From Oculina patagonica (Eukaryota): a DNA stretch of 64,000 nt. Shown here piece after piece: positions 22,842 through 34,378 of this stretch (its first letter is position 1; every line of letters starts with the position of its first letter). The position numbers and the translations under genes were made by a program. The stretch lies in contig NC_135761.1 in assembly GCF_052425735.1 (NCBI RefSeq), positions 33,914,001 to 33,978,000 of the forward strand, given 5' to 3'. The notes beneath the pieces are model-generated. The model did not search any database and had not been told where the DNA came from. It was given only the letters and a program-made list of their open reading frames with translations.

Positions 22842-23711
22842 GGGCTTTTGTTTACAGGAGAGAACGATCATTCCTCAGGGAATGAACGTTCTCTCCTCAG
22901 ACTGAATCGCCGCAGAGGTAACAATCAATTTACACGCACAGTAACTAGATCAAACGAGAAGAGTAAACCGAAGTTCTTCCAATGTCATGCAATGTAAACA
23001 GTGTAATAATTACCTGATTAATTTGTGGTTTCCATCTATGTGCCATAAGGACAGAGGTCCTTGGACATAGTAAGATCTCCTTTGTATTAACCTTAACTCC
23101 AATGCACGTAGAAGCACACCTTCAGGATTTACTCGACGCATACACTCTCGAATCCTAGACTGCTGAATACGGAGGCCACGACTCAGCAACAGCCCACTCA
23201 TTCGTTTGCAGCCAACGTTTGGAAAGTCAGCTATAATATCGTTGACTATGGCATCTAATTCGGCATCTGACAAACGAGCAAAGTTTGCTCTCACACTGAG
23301 CCCAAACTCGCTTAAACGCCTTTCTAATGTTCGCTTGCTGACACCAAACAGTAGAGCCATTTCTTCAACAGTGAATCTTTTCTCTGTGAGGAATTCTAGC
23401 TGTTCTTTGGGTATATCAAACGCTGGTCTACCCCTTTCACCATTAAATGTCTTCTGAGCCTGACACGATGTTGACAGGCTTCCACTACTCGATCTATAAA
23501 GACAATCTTTAGCTTCTCTTAAGCAGCGAACTATTCTCGCGTCAATAATTCCAGTGTCAAGGTATCTTACCGTTGTGTGATAGAGCCAATCAATACGATA
23601 GTATAAGCTGTCGATTCTGTCTGAATCAAGTATTTCTGAAGCCAACTCCCTTATGATAGAAACGAGCGAGTTATTTAGAAGACGTCTTATCATTGCCTGT
23701 TCGTCCGCCAT
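21265..23711 (-). CDS. IS3/integrase-like DDE transposase, 3 exons, ~491 aa once a single 1-bp frameshift is corrected
   Basis: Exons 23711-23014, 22235-21694 and 21501-21265 (GT-AG, compatible phases). HTH-like region ([20 protein letters not shown]), then [53 protein letters not shown] (D,D,E) and C-terminal YGIDWDGP. One extra base at ~21856-21857 breaks [10 protein letters not shown]. Confidence 0.88.
22686..22841. repeat. Two (ATT)n microsatellites in transposase intron 1
   Basis: ATT tracts at ~22686-22742 and ~22788-22841. Confidence 0.95.
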
Positions 23712-23729
23712 CTTGGACTCGAGACATAC

Positions 23730-24212
23730 ACATTTTGGCGGGAAATAAATTATTGTGTCCAAAAACGCGTCACTGAGTGCCATGCCGAACTGCATGTTAC
23801 CTTGTCAAAACACCAAAATGAAATTAACACCATCAAAGTAGAAGAACACAACAACAAAAGTGCAGGTCGTAATTTTCTAATGGCAAAATGTCACAAAGCA
23901 ATAACAAAAGAGAAGTTTTCAATAGCAAGATGTCAGAACGAAATGACAAAAGTGCAGGTTGTAATGATCCAATGGCAAAATGTCAGAATGCAAGAACAAA
24001 GAAACAAAATGCAATATCGCATTAACAAAAAAGCAGGATTCTGTAGCAAAACACCAGAAGACGAAAGAAAAGAGCAGGTTCCAGTAGCAAGATACCAGAA
24101 CCCGATAACAAAAGAGCAGGTTCCAATTGCAAGATATCGGAACGCAATTACAAAACTGCAGGTTCCACTAGCGTAATACCAAGTATAATTTTGGCGGACA
24201 TCACACTTCATA
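23730..24212 (-). repeat. Right terminal inverted repeat (483 bp)
   Basis: Reverse complement of 13231-13713. Confidence 0.97.
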
Positions 24213-24359
24213 TTAACAGACCCATGCTTTTGGTTACTCATGGTCATCAGGGCTAGCAGTATGGTTCGCGGGTATGTGCACCCTAGCGACGACATCGCTC
24301 CAACATGACAGCTCCCATACTCCATACTGGGATGGTTAGGCTGGGCTGGAATGGCTGAA

Positions 24360-24616
24360 AGTATACAAATTGTATACATTTTTTGCCAATATTGGTAAGC
24401 TGTAAGTAGCAAAAATGTATACATTTTGTACATGTCTTGGATGTGGCAATGTATACATTTTGTAAACATTGAACAATTATACTTTTGTATCTAGTGATGT
24501 ATACATTTTGTATAGTTTTCTAGTTCCAAATTACCCCTACAAAATGAATACCTTCTAATGTACATTTTGTACAAAAAAAAAATATACATTTTGTTTATTT
24601 CTTTTTGGTAAGGGTA
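24360..24616. repeat. TGTATACATTTTG-repeat MITE-like end
   Basis: Multiple tgtatacattttgta units ending in tttttggtaagggta. Confidence 0.45.
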
Positions 24617-25232
24617 ATTCGGGCATACATCTTCTCAAGTTGCTGGCTTGTTGTTTTACTTTGCTCTTCATGATGTTGTACATGCTTTTTGTTGATTTCA
24701 GTTTTCTCGCGTAGAGAACATTTTTTCTCTAGAAGGTCACGGCATTCTTTAATTTCGAGTTTGGACTGCTGAAGTTCAGCTGTTGTTGTGATTAGTGAAT
24801 GTGGAAGGTCTTGAACTTTTGTTGAATTAAATATGCATTGAATTGAATGTAATTATGCTTTGAATTGACCCTAAAATAGTGCCTGAATTGAAAACGAGCG
24901 GGTTTTAAATTTTGCTACAATTGGCTTGCCATAGTGTACTTTGATCAATGTTGTGCAGATATTTCAGTACAATTTAACTGACAAAAACCTTTCCTAAAAG
25001 TCACTAACTTCTTACAGGAACCTAAAAGGTGTATGTAGACCTCTGCAATTTGGACTGAAACAGCTATAAATTACATTTTAAAATCATTTCATTTGCAGGC
25101 AAGGTATATTCCGCATTTATAGGGTAACACCACATTTATTAAAATGACACATTAAATAACCTTGGGTAAAAATGGTTATTCTGTATTCTAGTTATCCATA
25201 AATCTTGTTATAATCGTTCCTTGCTCTTTCAG

Positions 25233-27233
25233 ACTTGAAAATGTGCAACGTGTCCCAGCTTTCCTAGGTGAGTTTATTTCCGACTTGAAGGAGTCCGACT
25301 GCGACAGCCAAGGTACAAGTCAGAGCCAGAAAGAAGAAAGTTTATTTTCATGCGACGAAGTGTACCTGAGAATGTTAAAGGGAACAGCCCTAAATCTTCC
25401 TAACAATATCAAACCGAATGTAATATTGATGGAATGTGGCATCGGAGATGAGGTAAGTTTGACGTTGAATGCATAGTTCTCTTGCGATGGGGAGTTTGGT
25501 TTAATATGCTATAATAAAATATGGACAAAGAACTAGGGCATTGGCCTTCAAGAACATATTTTTGGACCTGATATTATTCATTTGATTTTTTAAAGGGTTT
25601 TGGAAAGGACGAACTACGCCTGATAGTGCAGAAGTGTTCAAGGAGAGAGTGCCAGCAACAGTTGTTCCTAGTGGAAACAACCTTTAAAATGCTGCCACAG
25701 CTAGCCACTCTCACAGAAGAGCTAAAGCTGGAAAGTGAAGTGATGATTGTGAAGGAGGACGAGTTCCGGTTGCATGAGTTGACAGGTGCAGAAGTTAATA
25801 TGCAATAATTTAACAATCACTCTGGAAAATTAACGAAACCGTGCGAGTTGGCTAGAAACAGGCGTTATTACGCAGAATGAAATTAAAATTCCATGTGGGA
25901 TGAAAACAAGAACCTTTTTCTCTTTATGCCACAAACCTTTACCTACTCTTTTATATCAAACAGTCTAAGAGCTTAGCGTTTTTTAAAACGAGCCTTTTTT
26001 ACCTACTTCTGAGATTTCAATAATTGCATGTTTTATATTGAATTAAACGTTTTATTTCTATTTATCATGTAATTGCATTGAGAATTTGAAATACGCAATA
26101 AGAACCTTTATTACTAGTATTTATTATTATTATTATTACTATTATTACCTTTAAACTTTGCTCTTCCATTTTCACCTACCCCCACACCCCCACCCCCCTT
26201 TGTAATTCCACAAGCAGTAGGTTTTTGTTCATAGACAAAACATTGCCAATCGAGTGCAACCCAGTTTTTATTTACAAGAAGACAACTGGGGCAGTTCCCC
26301 AAATCTACAACTTTCCAGTACCTGGCCTAGAGGGGATGATGGTGTCAAATTTATTTTAAGCTTCATTGACCTTCAGATGGTGGTTTGTTTCCCAGGTGAC
26401 ACTGTCCTGGACACCACATTAGATGGTAAATATATAATTATTCCTATTTTGTCGCCTTGTTTGAGGGTTGACATAATATGTATATAAAATTATGTTAAGA
26501 TGACAAGCGGTCCCCAAAAGTAAAGTATCTACAGAATTGCACCTGTGGCTGGTTCCAACACTTAAAGTCTGTGATGCAAGTACTCAATGCCAACTCTGAC
26601 GAATCTGATTGGCTAAAAACATACACAAAGAGTATCCTTTGATTGGCTTAAGGGGGAGGGGGAGAAACTCCTTTAGTACAAGTCTCAAAAATTGGTTGTA
26701 GCGGTCCGGGACAACCAAGTATGTGCAGTAGCTATCAAATGGTTGCTAAGGGCATAGCAAATATCACCACTATCTATTAGCATTGCACACTCTTCAGTCA
26801 TTAATGATTAAATCTTTCTGAGAAATCAAAAATTTGGGTGATGTCTTCATTAGCAACGGCTTCATTGACATAGACTCGCACCTTTTCCAGGCACTGCTAT
26901 GTCTTCAAGGAAAAGCGCAGACTTCCCCCCCCTGGATTGGCTGAAAATACAAAATGTGTACTCTGCGCATGCTCAGGAATCAGTTCCGGCAAGCCCCGGT
27001 GCTGATAAAGCCAAAAGTTTTTTTAAATACGAAAAACAATGTATTAAAAGAATATAATTATTTAATTATTTAGACCATTCACAACAAATCATTTCCTTTC
27101 CCCTTCAGCACAACTAGTCAAGACCATTTCCTGCAAGGAAGTAGTCGTCCTCGGATCCGACGAGGAAATAAAGATGTATAAAGAGAAGGTGTTGTGCGTC
27201 ATTCGAAGAGCGGAACAATTTAGTGGCGAATAA
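25233..27233 (+). pseudogene. Partial spliced gene of unknown function (4 candidate exons)
   Basis: Open, splice-flanked blocks at 25233-25452, 25596-25785, ~26221-26424 and 27109-27233 (stop TAA). One junction is phase-incompatible and no 5' exons were found. Confidence 0.4.
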
Positions 27234-28144
27234 AACAAGTTTAAAAACGAAATAAAAATAGAGTTACCATGATGTTCCCCTAAAATAAAACAGTGGCTTT
27301 ATTTATTTTAGACTATGCAAGCACATAACGAGAAATCTTTGCTTTAATGTGGTTACACTAGCTCTTTTGGAAAATGTGAAAGCCATTCCCTGCACTTGAG
27401 CAAAGTGCAAGAGAATTTGATTTATTTGGATGTGATTAGCTCGTAATACATGTCAACTCTCTCTTATTATCGAGGCAATTAGCGTAGGATTGGATCAAAA
27501 ATTCCAAAAATTCGGCTTCAGCAGTATTATCAAGGGTAACTTACAAAAAACAAGAATGGAGCATGCTAGAGTAGAGCCAGTTGTACCTGTGAACTGAGTT
27601 AGTGAACAAGAGACGAGTGAGTTTTGTAATATTTATTTGGGATACTTCTATTATAATAAGAGGTGTTCAACTTACTTTCTTTTAGTAAAGGTATGATATC
27701 ATTACTGTCATTGAACACATTTTTTTATTTTTGAACTGAATGAGTGAACAAAACGTTAAACACTGATTTGCCATTTTTAAAATCATGCCTGTTATACTTT
27801 GAGTATAACAGGTGTTAAAATCAATTTCTTTTAGTTAATGTTTGAAATGATTGCTGTTGAAAATATTTACACAACACAGCAGGTTTATTTTTCAACTGAC
27901 TGCATGAATAAAATGGTGAACACAGATTTTAATCATAGGTCTTATACTTTGAGAAAGGAAGCAGGAGTTAAAATCAATGTTTCAAATTATTCCTGTAATT
28001 GAACACAACTTTGTAATTTTTCGACTTAGTGGGTGAACAAAACGCGTGCTTATCACTTTGATTTTGTAATGCCATGCTAGTATTACAATAGGTATTTCAG
28101 ATCATTGGTGTAATGCTATTACAATGTAACATAAATAAGCTTAA

Positions 28145-28694
28145 CCCTCGGACGTACAAGCAAACTCATACCCCCATCATCTTACAAGGGGGGGGGGGGT
28201 GGATGGAACCCCTCCCCGGAGTTTTCGTTATAGTAAGGCGCAGCAAAACTATTTTGCTCTGAGAAGAAAGCCCTCAGCTTACTCTACAAGATTACATAAT
28301 TTTAATTGGCTGTGACGTCATAAGAGCCGCCATCTTGGATTTCAACATTTTCTTAGAAAGTCACAAAATCACGGAAATCGATGCAAAATCAAGCCAGATT
28401 GCTTATGGAATGTAAAAATAAGCAAATCTTGCACTTCTGTTTTAAAAAACTGGAAAAAATCAAGAAAAATGTTAAAAATGACGATTTTTGGCAAGACCTG
28501 CTTGTATTTGACGTTACCATGGCAACGTCATATAGCATATACACATGGTTGACATATCAAAATTTCCGCAAAGGATGAATGAACAGCTACTGAAAGTTTC
28601 AGCATTGTAGGGTAAATGCTTTTTTCAAAATTTGGAAAAAACCTTACGGGGGGGGTGGCATCCACCCCCCCCCCCCCCCTTGTACGTCCGAGGG
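28145..28694. mobile_element. piggyBac-type MITE
   Basis: TIR CCCTCGGACGTACAAG / CTTGTACGTCCGAGGG with TTAA TSD at 28141-28144 and 28695-28698. Subterminal G-run/GGATG inverted repeat. Confidence 0.92.
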
Positions 28695-28859
28695 TTAAAC
28701 GTAACATTGTTTATTTTGCAATGGACCAAGTAAAGTAAAAAGTCTCATTATTGCTTTTGTGGTGGCATAATTGTGACAGGTATAGTTTTCAGTTTATATC
28801 GTGGATTGAATAAACCAGGCACTGAGGTGTTTGGCTGTAAGTCTGCTTATTCATGGTTT

Positions 28860-29400
28860 TGGGTGAACAAAATGTCAGAGATAATATTTTTTGCATGTTA
28901 TATTTAATGGTGATATCTTGGAGGTTCATGATTGCATTCTCAATATCATCTACAGTGTCGTGTAGTGTCAAAGAAGTTGGTTTCAATAGTTTAGAAGTTT
29001 CATTTGTGAAAGCGGTTAGCCAGAGTTCATCATCTTTGTGGAGAATGCATAATTTGATGGATGGCTCACGGGAGCAGTTTGCCATCCTTTGACGTGTTTC
29101 ACACTGTTGACATTTTTTAGATGTCGACGAGAGATCGTACAAACCCTTTTTACACACTTGAAGAAAATATTGTCAACCTGCTTACAAATTTGAAGTTTGG
29201 AACACTTGTCTCTCTTTCAGGAGATTCAAGCATTTGTGGCCCAAAACAATGTAGCTAACGACTGTGTGGTATTTGTTACAGTAGTTAATGGCGATGTACT
29301 GAGAAATGTTGATCCTTGGAAATTTTTGACTGTTAACTTTGTAAACTTGTCAAATGTACTAGTCAAAGACTATGCGAAATTTCAAAAAAACTTACTGTCC
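28860..29400 (-). pseudogene. RPA1-C-like OB-fold/zinc-ribbon fragment
   Basis: xxCKKGLY...KKCQQCETRQRMANCSREPSIKLCI....ELWLTAFTNE resembles the Zn-ribbon OB fold of RPA70-C-like transposon cargo proteins; frameshifted. Confidence 0.45.
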
Positions 29401-29519
29401 CATTTTTAAGAAAAGCGAAGATATGTCTCTTGAAAGGCCTGTCTCAAGTAGCCATTAGCGTTCCATTGCAACGAAGACAACCATTCTTTTACAACCAATT
29501 GTTAGGGTGTTATCACCCT

Positions 29520-30045
29520 AGTTGTTGAAGGACTTTTTCATTGAAAAAACAAAACAGGATGACGAAGACAAAGAATATGATCCTGGGTCACTTCAAACTT
29601 ACCGTAATTGTCTTCGCTGCTATTTCCTCCACCGGCCATGTTTACCAGCACCTGACAACTTTGACATGGAGAAAAATGCAACATTTGATGAAGTTGCTAA
29701 AATGCTGTCCGTAAAGAAGAAGGATTTGAAATAGAAAGGTTTCGGAAACAAACCAAACACTGCACAGCCACTGGAAGAAGAAATTGAGAAAATGTGGTCC
29801 ACAGGAGCCGTTGGCCTTCAAAATCCTTGCTCGCTTCTCCATCTTGTTTGGTGGAAGGTTGTCACTCATCTTGGCAAGCAAGCATTCAAGGAGCAACACT
29901 GCTGCCTCGTATAAGACTTTACCATCACTTACCAGTACGTGGAATATTAAGAATGCCAGAAAAAGAATCGCCAAGAGACAAAGGAAGTTTGAGGAAACGC
30001 GCTAGAAAGTACAACAACAAGATCTGTAAGTTTTTTGCATTGAGA
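29520..30045 (+). pseudogene. Crypton-type tyrosine recombinase (DUF3504/ZMYM-like) fragment
   Basis: KEYDPGSLQTYRNCLRCYF...KKKDLK*KGFGNKPNTAQPLEEEIEKMWSTGAVGLQNPCSLLHLVWW; stop at 29732-29734 and an internal deletion. Confidence 0.75.
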
Positions 30046-30609
30046 GGAACCAATTGTTTATTAAGTTTTTTTCTGCTGATTTGCTTGTTTTGCTTCCCAG
30101 AAACTCATGTTAGCAATGGACAGTATCGTTAAATGTCTAATTCAAGAAATTCTTATTTGGAGGCAAACGATTTTAAGCTTACCAGTGAATTATCGAGTTC
30201 TTAGTTTGAATGCACGTCGCAGCTGTTCATTTTCGGCTGCTTTCAAAGAGTTTTCTTGAATTCATGATGTGTGAAGATTAAATTCCCAATAATTAAAACT
30301 CCCAGCACATTCAGTGAGATCATTTTAAATGTAAAAATGAAATCTACAGTCATTTTAAGAGTTCAGAAACGATGACTTGTAAAACATGAGGTTTGACAAG
30401 AAAGAGTTTGGTGTTTTTTGCTTGGTTCCTATTCGCTGGCTGTTGACAGTCATGATAGTACATTTGAAATGGCTTTTTACCGCCCATTGAATACTGCAAC
30501 ATTCGCCCAAATGATGTTAAATGGCTTCATTTTTTAAATGTAACGAAAATTTACCACCTCACAAATTACACATTCAATAAAAAACTGAAAAGAAGCAAAG
30601 TCTCCAACA
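30035..30609 (+). repeat. Dispersed repeat copy 1 (Crypton 3' region)
   Basis: Colinear, diverged similarity to 33847-34378 (e.g. cccagaaactcatgttagcaatgga; ccgcccattgaatactgcaacatt). Confidence 0.85.
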
Positions 30610-33589
30610 ATACCATGGTGGAACCTTCAAATTATGATCTTTTTTGTCCATAGAGGATAATGTGAAAAAGCCAGATGTTAAGGAAAGTAACAACAACGAC
30701 CAGCCCCTATCACTCTACAAGCAGGCAGGGTCATCTGGGGAGAAGAAAGCTACAGTTAAATCATACGAGGTGTAATTGCCCAAATAAATGCTTAACAGGA
30801 AAAACAGCACCCAAAAAGAACAAAAAGGAGTCACAAGCACCCAGCCTGAGAATAAACAGACTGATCAACAAGCAACGACGGTGACAAGAAGTGGCACAGC
30901 AGAAACAGTTCTAACTTTCGAAACAAGCTGATACACAACAGAAGCTTGATATAGAAGGAAGCGAAATCAAACTGCCGAAAAACACTGAAAAGGATTTACC
31001 TAGTAGCCTTTGAGGGAGAGAAAAAGAGAAAACAGATGCTCAAAGCAGCACAGCATTACAAACTGGCAAGGGAATTTCAGCTACGAGTAGCATATAAAAG
31101 AAACTAAACCTTTTCAAAGAATTATTAAACGGTCGGGATACGATCAATGTCGGGAAATTGCTTGCAAAAAATCAGTTTGGAACATTTTAGATACCAGCAA
31201 ATTACAGCAGTTACAGAACATATCTCTTATTAAATAGTACAAGTAAGTCAATTATCTTTGTCGTTTTTTAGGACACTGGTTACACAAATGAAGCTGATGA
31301 GAAATTGTTTCCTTCATGGCCATGATATCAGGGTTTTTAGCTGACATGACATGACATGAGGGGGGGGGGGGCAACTCTGTCAGTTAAACAGTCGACTCTC
31401 TTTGATAGAGGAACACTTGTTTACTTTGGACTCTCTTTGATAGAGAAGCATTTGTTTACTGCTATTGTTGGCCAGTAAACGAGCTCAGTCAATACAGCAC
31501 TCAGTTGTTATGTTAACAAAGAGAAGCCCAAAGGATAAAACATAAATAACCATATTAGTGCCTCTTTTTTGTAAAGATGATCACAAACCACATAGGGGAG
31601 CATAACAAACCATTGCCATTGGAACAAAGCCACTGCTAGTTGGTATATTTTACTGTCCAGTTTTGCAAACAAGTATTGACATCGCTACTGATAACAAGTT
31701 TTATTGTTTCTACTGACCTAAAGAACTGAAACACAAACATGATGCTGTGGGCTTCCTTGCTTGACTAAAATACACCTAAAAACACATTTTTCATTTTTAA
31801 AAATGCTTGCATCTGTCTTCATAATCCAGTGTATCAAGAAATCATTTTCTCCTATAATTCCCGTTCAGATTTGTTAACCTCATTATTGCATAGACGTCTA
31901 CCTCTGAAAATTATTTGTTGAAGGTCTTTGAATTTTGAAAGTAATTGTGTATGTCACAGATATACTATTTAAATAAATATTTTATCTTGGATAGAAACCT
32001 TATAGAACACCTTTCAAAAAATATTGAAAACATGTTTAAACAAGAACCATTTCTGAATCAGTATTTTTTGGCTATACGTTGACGTTTCTCACTCACCAAG
32101 AAGTGTTTCTCACTCACCAAGAGTGTTTTTTTTTGGAGGTCTCCTCGCCCTATCTTTTTAAGTTTTTTTGTATGTTTAATTCTGAAGTGGCAAATAAATG
32201 ATGATGATGATAAAGTTTGCAGCTGAAGGCTCAGAGCAAGGAACTGGACACAGAGAGTTAAGTTCATACAACTCAATTTATGGAGCTCCAGTTGCTAGAC
32301 CTGGTTAACAATTCTACTCTTATTAAATCAGGTTTTCTACTGAATCAGTCATTTCAAATTGTTTACTTCGACCTACTATCATTTATAAAGAGACTCCATT
32401 TTTATGTTTGTGGAGACTTTAATATTTATACATGCATCAATTTTCATCCTTTAATAATCTTATTGTAATAACAGTTTTAATGTTATTTAATTTCTAATAC
32501 GTTATTTATAAATGTCAAGGACAAGAAATCAGGAAGAGAACTGAGAATGAAATGAAAGAAAAAGAAATGTAAAAACAAAGCAAAACAAGCAATAAATCAG
32601 CATGTACATTGAGATTAACATGTAACATAATAGCCTGAATTTCAGACATCCCTCTCTGGTCGCCTACTCCCGAGAAGGGACGTCTGAAAAAATCTGGCCT
32701 TAATGCCGTCTGGTGACATCACTACACTTTGATTAAGAGGAAGACAAGGATGAAAGTAGTTCTCGGTGATGCAAAAAGGGTATGTGACATTGTTGAACGT
32801 TCACGAAAATTGGTTGAATGACAAGAACAGGAGCAGTTTTTGGCATTGTTAGGAAAGCAAAAACGACAACAATTTTATTGACAGACACAAACAGTTAAAC
32901 TTTAATATTTTAAACAATGTAAAATAATACAAACAATAAACGAGAGAATAAAAAAGATAAAAAAATCTGTCTTAGGAAGGACGGAGAGAATTATAGCCAC
33001 CTCAGGAGGGGGGGGGGATACATTTTTCAAACAAGAATTGGGAAGGGGGTATAACTTTTACCTAAATTTTTTTGGGGGGTACGTAATTAACGATCGGTCC
33101 CTTATGAGTCACACACAGTTTATGAACAAAATAATTGTTTTTGGTTGAATTTAGAAATGCTGAATTGTACATGGAATAAGGATTGCGACCGTTTGTCATG
33201 GTTTTGTATCAACAAGATGTAATTTGCTTCTTGTGTTACCAGTGTTTGTTGTTGAACTTCATTTTATCGTTTGCACAGTTAGTGAAGGATTACATTATTA
33301 CATGTAATAGTTGTGGTTAAAAGTAAGGTTATTATGTCAGGAATACAAAAGTCTTGTTTTGTTTATTTAAGTCTATGTGTTTGCAATTCCATTGTTCATT
33401 TCCCCCGGGTCTGCTGTTGCAAACAAAGTACATGTAAAATTCTATACACATTTTATCGAAAATCAAACGCTTTTGCATTTGCATCGTTTTCCTCAACTCT
33501 CCTGTAGTTTATAGTGCTTTAGTTTTTGCACTGTTGATTTAAGTATAGTCTGGGTTGCGGTTCATTTAATCTTTCTATACATCACTTGA

Positions 33590-34378
33590 TCAGGTTCTCG
33601 GCCTGAAGGAAAACATACAAACGACTTAGTGAAACTACAAGCAGCACATCATTCATTACTAATCACAAACAATCTGCATTACCACCAGCTGTACAGGGCA
33701 GAGTTCAAGGCGAAGACATTTATTCAGGAACCCCGATGAAAGCGTTGAGTGAACTGTTTACCGGGGTTACGATTACGAACTCCTCTGTAAATTTTTCCAT
33801 CAATTTTCGGTCCAATGTTAATCTGAGTAGTGAGAGAAACAGTTCTTTGCATTGAGAGGAACTTATTGTTCCTTTAGCTTTTTTCTGCTGATTTGCTTGT
33901 TTCGCCTCCCAGAAACTCATGTTAGCAATGGATATTATCGTCAAATGTCCAATTCAAGAAATTCTTATTTGAAGGAAAACGACTTAAACGAGTTCTTAGT
34001 TTGAATGCGTGTCGCGGTTGCTCATTTTCTGCTACTTTCGAAGAGTTTTCTTGAGTTCGTGATGTGAAAAGATTAAAGTTCCGATAATTAATACTCCCAG
34101 CACATTTGGTGAGATGATTTTAAATGTAAAAATGTAATTTACAGTCATTTAAAGAGTTCAGGTTCAACAGAATAAAGTTTGGTGTTATTGGCTAAGTTCC
34201 TATTCCCTGGCTGTTACAAGTGACAGTTTATTTGAAATGGCTTTTTTACCGCCCATTGAATACTGCAACATTTGCAAAGGACGTTATGTAACCTGAAAAG
34301 CTATGCAATTCAAGGAAAATTTACCACCTCAAAAATTACGGATACAATAAAAAACTGAAAAGCAGGAAAGCCTCTAAC
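33590..34378 (+). repeat. Dispersed repeat copy 2 with a Crypton-like C-terminal coding tail
   Basis: ...ALSELFTGVTITNSSVNFSINF...LH* ends at 33854 and is followed by the region shared with 30035-30609. Confidence 0.7.

Larger units (their letters stand above)
13231..24212. mobile_element. Full-length IS3EU-type DNA transposon carrying a DDE transposase and a HECT E3 ligase
   Basis: 483-bp TIRs at 13231-13713 and 23730-24212, with one mismatch seen (TIR position 11). Termini TATGAAG...CTTCATA. Perfect 6-bp TSD TTAACA at 13225-13230 and 24213-24218. Two convergent spliced genes inside. TAY..RTA ends, a 6-bp TSD, two ORFs and an IS3-like transposase match the IS3EU superfamily as I recall it. 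Confidence 0.9.

Noticed and set aside
22758-22997. Poly-Ile ORF
   Set aside because: It is an (ATT)n microsatellite in an intron.
13231-24212. Polinton/Maverick interpretation (long TIRs, 6-bp TSD, integrase-like gene)
   Set aside because: There is no protein-primed PolB, packaging ATPase, protease or capsid gene. The termini are TAT..ATA rather than AG..CT, and the genes are intron-rich.
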